Positions 8,601 through 16,065 of a DNA stretch of 16,065 nt are shown here, in pieces. The notes under the pieces were generated by a model that ran no database searches, was not told where the DNA came from, and saw only the letters and a program-made list of their open reading frames with translations. Location: NCBI GenBank assembly GCA_947501605.1, contig CANMWZ010000058.1, positions 1 through 16,065 of the forward strand, read 5' to 3'. The position numbers and the translations under genes are program-made. Positions within the stretch are counted from its first letter, which is position 1; the number at the start of each line of letters is the position of its first letter. The stretch is from Planctomycetota bacterium. GTDB lineage: Bacteria; Planctomycetota; UBA1135; UBA2386.

Positions 8601-10523
8601 CGGGCGCTGCCGTCTTTGGTCTACGGCGCCATGCGCCCCGAGTTGCGGTCCTTCGGCAAGGTCTCGACGCTCAGGATCGATGGCAGCCAGCAGGGGGAGC
8701 CCGAGGCCTACCGGTTGACGCCGGATGAGCGCTTCTACCTTGGCAGGTCCGAGTTCGAGGCCGCCGAGAAGGCGACGGGCCAGGAGCGCCAGCGCGCGAG
8801 CACCGCCGCGCAAGAGCACTTGGCGGCACTGCTGAGCGAATGGCAGAAGACTGAGTACCGCCTCCGGGACGACGTCGCCACTGAGGTCGCGCGCATGATG
8901 CTCTACTTGGGTATCGAGCGCGGCGAACAGAAGCAGGTCGTCGAGTACTTCGAGCAACTGAAGGACCGTCAGCCGGATCTCGTGATTCCGTTCGACAAGA
9001 TCCTCGCAGTGGGGCGCAGCTACTTTGATCTCGGCGAGTTCGAGGCGGCGTTGCTGGTGTTCCGCGGCACGGTCGAATCCTCGTTCTTGAAGGACGCGGC
9101 GGTAGCAACCACGTTGAGCGAACGCGGCGAGCACAGGGCCTCGTCGAAGTTCCTGGAACAGTTGCTACTCGCCTATCCGGACCTGCCGACCATGCGGACT
9201 CTCCGCTACAGCATCGCGCAGCAACTTGCCGCCATGGCGGCCGAGGCGGATCCTCTGGTCGCAGTGGATGAGCGCATGGGCTCCATCCAGGAGCTGCGCC
9301 AACGGTCCTTGCAGCAGTTCCGTGAGTTCTTGATTCTCTATCCTGAGGACCCGCTGGCCGAAGAAGTGTCCTTCGCCTGGGCTACGACGCTGCTCGAAGG
9401 CGGAGACCTAAAGGGTGCGCTGGCAGTGGCCGAAGCCGGGCTGCAGCGCTATCCGGACAGCAGCTTCCAAGACGAACTGCTCTACACCGTCGGCTACGCG
9501 CAGTTCGCTCTCGGGCAGCATGACGCGGCATTTGCCGCATTGGAGCGCGTCGCCACCGAGTCCTTCGCTACGGCGACGGGCGGCAAGAGTGAGAGCGAAA
9601 GCAAGTGGCATGCGGTCTACCTCCAGGGGCAGATCTGGCACGCGCGCGGCGAGCCCGAGAAGGCACTCGTGGCCTACGACCAAGTGAAGGACCGTTTCAG
9701 CGACGCGGTGGAAGCGAGTGACTACTTCCGCCACAAGGTGCTGACGATCGACGAGGCCACGACGTTTGCGACCGACGTGTCAGCAGAACTGGCGATCAAG
9801 TTCCGCAACATCGCGCGGGCGCAGGTGCAGGTGTTCCGCGTCGACCTGATGCGGCTTTACTTGTTGGAGAAGTCGCTGAACGACATCCGCGGCATCCAGC
9901 TTCATGGCATCAAGCCGCTGCTGAGTCTGGAAATCGATCTCGGCTCCGGGCGCGACTACAAGGACGCGATCCGCAAGGTTCCGCTCGATGTCAAAGAGCC
10001 GGGCGCCTACCTCTGTGTCGTGCGCGGCGGCGACGTGATCGCTACCGGTATGGTGCTGAAGAGCGACCTTCGCATCGAGGCACAGGAGCAGTTCGCTGAG
10101 GGCCGTATGCGTGTGAACGTCCGCCGTGGGGATGCCTACGTCCATGGCGCGCACGTGAAGATGGTCGGCAGCGGCGACGGTCGGTTCCGCAGTGGGGACA
10201 GCGATCTCCGCGGCGTGTTTGCTGGCGACGGTCTCGTTGGCACGGCGACAGTGCTCGTGGCGCAGGGCGAGAACTACGCGTTCTACCGTGGCTCGGGCGT
10301 GCACCAGGCAACCCGGATCCGCGAGCCGCAGCGGCAACAGGAGTCGGAGCTTGGAGAGGGTCGCGTTGAGCAAGGGCAGGCGGCTGGCCTGCTGCCATTG
10401 TTCGATGCGCTTGACAACAACCTGAATCTCAACGCTTCGAACCGCGGCAGTCAGGTGCTGTGGCTGAAGAACGAGGTCATGAACAAGAAACAGAAGGGCG
10501 TCGAGGTGTATCGCACGAAGTGA
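2640..10523 (+). CDS. Giant secreted TPR-containing bacterial alpha-2-macroglobulin family protein (MG domains, bait region, TED-like and MG8 domains, second TPR+MG module)
   Basis: ORF 2541..10523; ATG 2640 gives signal peptide MTFLRRRLAFFPFLLVLTAAVVAWS (2627 aa). TPR helices occupy ~2730-4110. A2M motifs seen: GYLTTDRPLYQPGH (~4728), AEISVAMVDDALLAL (~6040), VRVDFRETGVW...HSTTSWRLQARAVT (~6627-6760), TED-like AQLADGSFSW (~7434) and WSTPEATTAAIALA (~7935), MG8-like LVLEEPLPAGC...YQLQARFAGSFRALPSLV (~8430-8620). A second TPR block spans ~8720-9730 and MG-like domains ~9740-10300. Confidence 0.9.
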   Translation: MTFLRRRLAFFPFLLVLTAAVVAWSLPQGEDLLIQRRYREAVAALEAALPLSAVGEQDRVLLLLGEAQWLAGDRKAATETLQRLLQEQAGSGYVPHARYLLAKVHEGDGNLRMAAQIYRDESERLTGFLRKEEVAKVYLELADKAASQDPPDNGRVVTFCDLALDLGLRPERARGIELRAAEAALAGGAHAESVRRLGPLVELLSIDGGKRKAMLLLGRARLAGGERTAARAVLRDLIALGKDAPEAGDAAYEVALTFGVPQPPAAQLDRAVQALEDLRRDWPAHQKARVAQYLAAQCYQGVGRADDALRLLAAFLEAEAGKGGEEIPAARALRGDVLARQGKTDLAIAAWREYLAQHPAHADWERVQRAIVDAEWTLAKRAFDDGKSFYGAARERLDAFARAYPLDHRNPWILLLRGSMCMQEESYEAARAEFARCVSKYPGREESSSAQLTIGEIFETKTFDYEKALEAYRAVTWGSAAAVAQERVARLTQTTVRVRTPRVFRTDEQPGFVLTSRNVESVRVRVFRLDLEDYFRATHQAANVHELDIEVIAADLTFDSAVAGYVRYCETERTVSLPLKEPGAYVVKVDDKRYEATTMVLVSDLALITKSSRHEFLVMTQNTKENRIEAGVKVVLGDAEKVLAEGVTDAQGFFRFRGNELKNCDSLRVFAVAAGGSGASSLDLSGMGYSAGLLPRGYLTTDRPLYQPGHRVHGKGVVREVHDGIYALPQASGYAVQVLSPSGQVVMLRDVAFSPFGTFDFDLDLDAEAELGEWRITVGLAKRSDHQWQTTFHVGRYERPRLQLTIEVAESVVYRGEHIRGTLRAQWFYGQPAQGRDVVVRLQMPDGSVMERRGTTNAAGEVPFELPTEDFAEEAMAVLAAEMPADGVGSGLAVPIATSELDIGVTTPQPVYLAGEPFEVSVVAKDRSGKPLQRELTAVLLALETDPRNGTVAERELERRTVRTTADGAAKTTFTAAKGGQIRVRVQAIDRFAVPVSSEVQLTISGDDDAQRLRLLCGRETFKVGEKAAVRLVNRAGARLALLTWQGDGILACETRVVPSGESTIEMLLQPEHAPNFAFAVAMVDGEQLHTAERPFLVQRDLTIELEAPAVAAPGGKVDLVVRVRDPQGRPLRAEISVAMVDDALLALHGDKAPPIGAYFYGQMRETAFRTQSSCTWSYDGITRAVDEALLSEDARRALPAAEAPTSVALSKSSDGLFGLLPGQDVAAGATAFDSKEWNLAVAFGGGTGSLSAQEREKLAYKLGSGAGAQDEASRARGYASFAGRGVRSVVAGLPFDLGAGGFDDRMVTDLHVGPTLGLVFAGETPVGGVRVDFRETGVWLASLTTGDDGTARATIVVPHSTTSWRLQARAVTADSWVGEGRGQLRSQRDVQVDIQGPPVLTEGDEVAFSARVHNLGAERSSGSMKFRRTMGEKTFEDERAIELSAGGELTVEYPFVAATAGAVELEAGAALGAAVDALKRSILVQPFGVEVVEGRSGSTRDRAALDLSLPADGEFAWMRMVVEVGPDRGRDLLRAAIGGGYQLRNCVQVESTVLARSSRGLSALLVLDYLEHTSALLPLDREQLLAQANAALQGLIGAQLADGSFSWVGKRSQDLRSTSQALRFLSACVRRGLGNAESPRNRAAEALLQASRSAGNDQRADLMWALAVDGRARFEALNALHRTRNSLGADGLARLALAWQAFGRAELANEVLVALQKAMPPTLFQQLSTETVALAARALLTADPRDGLGVAAAAAASSSRCGAGWSTPEATTAAIALAAMQQREGAGAARATEVTVVVNGRELATTPKSAQGLGSVLVVPSEWLQARGNAVQIQVAGGGEAFYSITLVGFRKGFDDKVANDSRVHLQRTYLAAPRRFAGRDVPSGFSVVQGQGYRSFTNEVSRLRVGESALAQTHFAVHDQALALRGSPLVLEEPLPAGCSVPRDSIQGPFDYVEVQPDRLVFYFREGVNLGVVSYQLQARFAGSFRALPSLVYGAMRPELRSFGKVSTLRIDGSQQGEPEAYRLTPDERFYLGRSEFEAAEKATGQERQRASTAAQEHLAALLSEWQKTEYRLRDDVATEVARMMLYLGIERGEQKQVVEYFEQLKDRQPDLVIPFDKILAVGRSYFDLGEFEAALLVFRGTVESSFLKDAAVATTLSERGEHRASSKFLEQLLLAYPDLPTMRTLRYSIAQQLAAMAAEADPLVAVDERMGSIQELRQRSLQQFREFLILYPEDPLAEEVSFAWATTLLEGGDLKGALAVAEAGLQRYPDSSFQDELLYTVGYAQFALGQHDAAFAALERVATESFATATGGKSESESKWHAVYLQGQIWHARGEPEKALVAYDQVKDRFSDAVEASDYFRHKVLTIDEATTFATDVSAELAIKFRNIARAQVQVFRVDLMRLYLLEKSLNDIRGIQLHGIKPLLSLEIDLGSGRDYKDAIRKVPLDVKEPGAYLCVVRGGDVIATGMVLKSDLRIEAQEQFAEGRMRVNVRRGDAYVHGAHVKMVGSGDGRFRSGDSDLRGVFAGDGLVGTATVLVAQGENYAFYRGSGVHQATRIREPQRQQESELGEGRVEQGQAAGLLPLFDALDNNLNLNASNRGSQVLWLKNEVMNKKQKGVEVYRTK

Positions 10524-10607
10524 GCTTGGCCAGGGCCGCAGACGAGCCGCACGCACAGCATCCGGCCGCAGCGACTTTGGGACCTCGATGGCGCGAGTGG
10601 GGCTGGC

Positions 10608-12023
<1,416 letters not shown>

Positions 12024-12084
12024 CTGTAGATCCACCTCGGGTGCCAGAATCTAGCGAACCCAGAGGCGGATACCGAACGGCGAA

Positions 12085-13329
12085 TCAGCGCTTCTGCCCG
12101 CTCCCTTCAGCCTTGACTGGCGCCTGATCCGCGCCGGCTTCGGTGCGAGCGGGTGTCATGGGGGCCACTGAGAGTCCCTCCTGCTCCAAGGTCGCAAGCC
12201 ATGCGGGCCACAGGCTCGGGTCGGCGCCAGGGTCCTTGGACCCGAGTTTCGCTAGCGCACTGCGATAGGCGCGCACCACGCGGACGCGCTCGATCGTGAT
12301 GTTCTGGACCGCGACGTCGAGTACCGAGCCACTGTGCAGCACGTCGATCTTGGGGTCAGCGATGAAGGAGCCCGAGGCGACCTCCACGTCGAAGTCGCGG
12401 ACGTAGGCTTGGGACTGAAGAAACGCGACGTGGGCTCGGTTGTGACCGTTGCCGCCGCCGGCGAGCGCAACGCCTGCTTTGGGGCCAGCGAGGACGAGGG
12501 CGCGGAGAGCGGTGACGTCACCGAGCGCTTCGTAGGCCGCTGCTGTCCGAACGCGAACCTCAGCCGAGGAGTGCTCGAGGCCTGGGGCGAGGTACTCGAC
12601 CGCCGCGTGCGAGAGCCCGAGATCGCGACTCATCCGCATCGCCGCCGTGCGCACGGCGGCGTCAGAGTCGAGGATCGCGGTGCGCCATGCAAATGCGTCG
12701 TTGCCGCCGGTGCCGCGATGCAAGAGTGCTGCGATCGCCAGTTCGCGCCGGTCGCGATCGCTGTTGCGGCGGGCCTCGAGGCGCAGGTCTTTGTCGGCAT
12801 TCGGCTCGCGCGCGAGCAGTGCGACACGGGCCTGTTGTTTGCCGAGGCCATCGTTGCGGCGGTGGCCCCGCAGCAGTTCGCGAACGCGCACGTCGGTGTC
12901 GGCAGTCCGGTACTTGCGGGGCATCAACTCGGGTTCGAGCTGGGTGAGGAAGTCATCGATGCGACGCTGGAGCCGATCGCGATCGCTGGCGGGTGCGGCG
13001 AGTACGACGTCGAGGTGCTGCCACATCTCGGACTCCAGCGCCCAGACATGTGCCTGCAGCGCCAGTTGCAATTGCGCGAACGGCGACTCCGACTGTCCTC
13101 GGGCCAGCTCGAGCAGGCGTTGCTTCAGCGCGGCTTCGGGAGTGCGCTCGACCACGTCGGTGGTCGCCACTCGTACCACGCCGTCGCGAGTGGCAACCGC
13201 GAGGACCTCCTTCTCGTCGGTCACCTTGCCGTAGAGCACACGTCCGTCGCGCAACCGGACTTCGTCGGCGTGCAGGCGTGCTAGGGGAACGAGGAATAGC
13301 AACGACAACACGCTGGTGAGGTGCTTCAT
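12085..13329 (-). CDS. Secreted HEAT-repeat protein with a secretin-like beta-hairpin segment
   Basis: ATG 13329 gives signal peptide MKHLTSVLSLLFLVPLARLHA|DEVRLRDGRVLYGKV (small N-terminal beta domain typical of planctomycete secreted proteins). HEAT-like repeats: LDSDAAVRTAAMRM, LEHSSAEVRVRTAAAYEALGD. The C-terminal part reads DPGADPSLWPAW. Confidence 0.8.
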   Translation of the reverse strand: MKHLTSVLSLLFLVPLARLHADEVRLRDGRVLYGKVTDEKEVLAVATRDGVVRVATTDVVERTPEAALKQRLLELARGQSESPFAQLQLALQAHVWALESEMWQHLDVVLAAPASDRDRLQRRIDDFLTQLEPELMPRKYRTADTDVRVRELLRGHRRNDGLGKQQARVALLAREPNADKDLRLEARRNSDRDRRELAIAALLHRGTGGNDAFAWRTAILDSDAAVRTAAMRMSRDLGLSHAAVEYLAPGLEHSSAEVRVRTAAAYEALGDVTALRALVLAGPKAGVALAGGGNGHNRAHVAFLQSQAYVRDFDVEVASGSFIADPKIDVLHSGSVLDVAVQNITIERVRVVRAYRSALAKLGSKDPGADPSLWPAWLATLEQEGLSVAPMTPARTEAGADQAPVKAEGSGQKR

Positions 13330-13496
13330 GGGCGAGTGGATCTGGCGGCAGCAATGGCCGGGCGGGAGATTGCGGTGGGCAGAGGGGCTCCGATCCGTAG
13401 GATCGACCGAAGTCCGGCATCCCGCACCTTTCTGAGGTTTGCTGCTGACGCGGGCCCTGGCATGGGGTCGGGCGTGCAGCGGCGCCGCGCGCAAGC

Positions 13497-14414
13497 ATGA
13501 ACCGTACCGCGAAACGCACACTTCACGCCGTGTCGCTCCCCGTTCTGGCCGTCATGGCCGTTCTGGCCCCGCTGCGGCAAGGCTCGGCCCAGGATGTCGC
13601 CGAGAAGCCCCAAGCTTCGGTGGCAACGGTGCTTGTGGACGCACTGCGCGCAACCGAAGCGCGCGTGCACTCGGTGCGCCTCGAACTCGAGACGAGCGGT
13701 CGAATGCAGGGCGGACTGTCCTTCTCGACCCGCGGTTCCCTTCGTGTCCTGCGCACAGAACAAGGCCGCGCGGCGGCTATGCACTCGGTAGTCGAGTTCG
13801 ACTTTGCCGACGGGCTCGGTGGCAGCATGGAGACTCTGACGACCGACGATGGCGTCGTCGTGCTCCAGCAGGACCCGACCTTCGGCGAGGTCTGTGTGCG
13901 AATCGACAAGGCGATCGTGGGGGATCTCGAATGGGCCGGCATGGTGCTCGAGAAGACGGACCTGCCGTTCCAAGGCGATCCCCGCGGCTCAGCACCGCTC
14001 GGCAGTGCGATGCTCAGCGATCTTGCACTCCGCTTCGATCTCCAGCCAATCGAGAGGCCCGCGGACCCAGCACGCAACGGTCGCTGGTTTGGTGGCGATC
14101 GTCTCAAGGCCGCCAAGATCGAGGAGGCGGGCAACGAGCTTCCGATCAGCGATCGCGTCGAAGTGTTCGTGCGCGAAGCGGACAACGCGTTGCTCGAGGT
14201 CGTGCATCTCCGCGCCGGAGAGATCGTCCAGCGCATCCATGTGAAGTTGCTCGTGCTGGACGAGCCGATGCCACTCGATTCGTTCCGCATGCGTGACCCC
14301 AGCAAGAAGCCGCGCGATGTGAAGGACCATCCGCCGATGTGGCAACAGATCGAGCAGGTGCTGGAGCGGGCGATGGCGAGGGCGGGGGGCGAACTGCGGC
14401 CCAGCAAGCGCTGA
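13497..14414 (+). CDS. Secreted hypothetical protein, probable LolA/LppX-like fold
   Basis: Signal peptide MNRTAKRTLHAVSLPVLAVMAVLAPLRQGSA|QD. An N-terminal helix is followed by meandering beta strands (VHSVRLELETSG...STRGSLRVLR...SVVEFDF...METLTTDDGVVVLQ) and RVEVFVREADNALLEVVHL...EPMPLDSF, resembling the LolA architecture. The fold assignment is inference. Confidence 0.72.
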   Translation: MNRTAKRTLHAVSLPVLAVMAVLAPLRQGSAQDVAEKPQASVATVLVDALRATEARVHSVRLELETSGRMQGGLSFSTRGSLRVLRTEQGRAAAMHSVVEFDFADGLGGSMETLTTDDGVVVLQQDPTFGEVCVRIDKAIVGDLEWAGMVLEKTDLPFQGDPRGSAPLGSAMLSDLALRFDLQPIERPADPARNGRWFGGDRLKAAKIEEAGNELPISDRVEVFVREADNALLEVVHLRAGEIVQRIHVKLLVLDEPMPLDSFRMRDPSKKPRDVKDHPPMWQQIEQVLERAMARAGGELRPSKR

Positions 14415-14428
14415 GAAAGGCGCCAGAT

Positions 14429-14458
14429 TCCTCAGCCTTCTTCTCCTCAGCCTTCTTC
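14429..14458. repeat. Perfect 15-bp tandem duplication spanning the prfC stop codon
   Basis: TCCTCAGCCTTCTTC occurs at 14429-14443 and 14444-14458. Confidence 0.85.
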
Positions 14459-16030
14459 CTCGGTCGGCGGGTGCTCGAGCAGTTCGAGTCCTTTGTAGCG
14501 CGACTTCGCGTAGTCGATCTCGAACTCACTGTGGAACAGGGCGACGAACCGGCCGGCCTCGTCCTTGACGACCATTGGCAGGATCTCGAGTACTTCGTCG
14601 GTCACGTTCAGTACCCAACGCGCGCGCGACCACGGCTTTCGGTCCATGCGCAGTTGCACGTTGTATTCATTCTCCAGGCGCCATTGGAACACCTCGAGCT
14701 GTAGCTCGCCGATGACGCCGAGGATGGCCTCGCGCGCACCGTGTCGCGGCCAGAACGTCTGCACTACGCCCTCCTCGCCGAGTTGCGCCAGACCCTTGCC
14801 GAAGCTCTTCGACATCGACGGTTCCTTCGGCGCCACCTGCGCGAAGATCTCGGGTGCGAAGCGCGGGAAGTTGCGCACCTGGAACGTCGGGCCACCGCTG
14901 AGGACATCGCCGACGCGGAACAACCCCGGATTGATCAGGCCGATCACGTCACCGGGCCAAGCGTCCTCGATCGAGACGCGCTCCTGGCCGAAGAATCGAT
15001 GCGGATGCGACAGGCGGACATCGCGGCCCATGCGCAGGTGTTTGGCCGCCATTCCGCGCTCGAAATGTCCCGACGTCACGCGCAGGAACGCGATGCGGTC
15101 GCGGTGCATTTTGTCCATGTTCGCCGCGACCTTGTAGACGAAGCCGCTGAAGAACGGGGCGTCGGGCTGCACTTCGCCGTCGAGCGTCGGCAGGGGGCCT
15201 GGTGCGGGCGCGATCTCGAGGAACCGCTGGAGGATGTTCTCGACGCCGAAGTTGGTCAGCGCCGAACAGAAGAACATCGGCGACTGCTGCTGCGCCCGGA
15301 ACTTCTCCATCGTGAACGGCTCCACGCAGGTCTCGACCATGTCGAGGTCCTCGAGCAGTTGCAGATGCGCCTTCTCGCCGAGCATCTCCGTGAGCTTTGG
15401 GTCATCGGGACCGGCAGTCAGCACGCCGGCACGCGTGGCGTTGTGCGCTGTCCGTTCGAACAGGAACACTTCCTTGTCACGCAGCGAGTAGACGCCGCGG
15501 AAGTTCTCGCCCGAGCCGATCGGCCACGTGGCCGGGATCATCGTGATGCCGAGAATCTTCTCGACCTCGTCCATCAGGTCGAGCGCCGCGCGCGCCGGTC
15601 GGTCCATCTTGTTGACCACCGTCACGATCGGAATGCCGCGGTCGCGGCAGACCTTGAACAGCTTCTTGGTCTGGGGTTCGACGCCTTTGGCGGCATCGAT
15701 CAGCATCAGTGCAGCGTCGGCGGCGACCAGCGTGCGATACGTGTCCTCGCTGAAGTCCTGGTGGCCCGGCGTGTCGAGCAGGTTGACGCAATGGCCTTGG
15801 TACTCGAACTGGAGCGCTGAGGAAGTGATCGAGATTCCACGTTTCTTCTCGAGCTCCATCCAGTCGGATGTCGCGTGGGCACCGCCGCGCCGCGCCTTCA
15901 CCGAGCCAGCTTCACGAATCGCTCCGCCGTAGAGCAGCAGCTTCTCGGTGAGGGTGGTCTTGCCGGCGTCTGGGTGGGAGATGATCGCGAACGTGCGCCG
16001 GCGTGCGATCTCGTGCGTCAGTTCGGCCAT
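14447..16030 (-). CDS. prfC: Peptide chain release factor 3
   Basis: RRRTFAIISHPDAGKTTLTEKLLLYGGAI, SDWMELEKKRGISITSS, NLLDTPGHQDFSEDTYRTL, NKMDR, ANMDKMHRDRIAFLRV and GELQLEVFQWRLENEY; 527 aa. Confidence 0.98.
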   Translation of the reverse strand: MAELTHEIARRRTFAIISHPDAGKTTLTEKLLLYGGAIREAGSVKARRGGAHATSDWMELEKKRGISITSSALQFEYQGHCVNLLDTPGHQDFSEDTYRTLVAADAALMLIDAAKGVEPQTKKLFKVCRDRGIPIVTVVNKMDRPARAALDLMDEVEKILGITMIPATWPIGSGENFRGVYSLRDKEVFLFERTAHNATRAGVLTAGPDDPKLTEMLGEKAHLQLLEDLDMVETCVEPFTMEKFRAQQQSPMFFCSALTNFGVENILQRFLEIAPAPGPLPTLDGEVQPDAPFFSGFVYKVAANMDKMHRDRIAFLRVTSGHFERGMAAKHLRMGRDVRLSHPHRFFGQERVSIEDAWPGDVIGLINPGLFRVGDVLSGGPTFQVRNFPRFAPEIFAQVAPKEPSMSKSFGKGLAQLGEEGVVQTFWPRHGAREAILGVIGELQLEVFQWRLENEYNVQLRMDRKPWSRARWVLNVTDEVLEILPMVVKDEAGRFVALFHSEFEIDYAKSRYKGLELLEHPPTEEEG

Positions 16031-16065
16031 GGACGGGGGGCGAACACGTTACGCGTTGCGTCCGC

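Noticed and set aside
3228..10556. Long minus-strand ORFs inside the A2M gene (e.g. 417, 446 and 258 aa)
   Set aside because: Typical antisense open frames of GC-rich coding DNA, with no recognisable motifs.
13330..13521. N-terminal extension of ORF 12085..13521
   Set aside because: Overlaps the start of the divergent gene; the signal peptide begins at ATG 13329.
14741..15820. 359-aa plus-strand ORF
   Set aside because: Antisense shadow of prfC.

Overview
GC-rich, gene-dense bacterial window; the protein styles suggest Planctomycetota, possibly an uncultured OM190/UBA1135-like lineage (inference). Eight CDSs are supported: (1) a minus-strand ComM/YifB Mg-chelatase-like AAA+ ATPase that runs off the left edge and is missing from the ORF track; (2) a small degenerate receiver-like protein; (3) a secreted protein with a planctomycete-type C-terminal domain; (4) a ~2,630-aa secreted TPR/alpha-2-macroglobulin hybrid; (5) gndA; (6) a secreted HEAT-repeat protein; (7) a secreted LolA-like protein; (8) prfC (RF3). 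No RNA genes, CRISPR arrays or mobile elements were seen. The giant A2M-like protein has no CxEQ thioester motif and no lipobox, repeats its TPR+MG module after the normal A2M C-terminus, and lies behind an ECF-sigma-like GGAAC-N16-CGTT promoter. The HEAT protein carries a segment resembling a secretin gate hairpin and is divergent from the LolA-like gene. Together these are candidate parts of an undescribed cell-envelope system.
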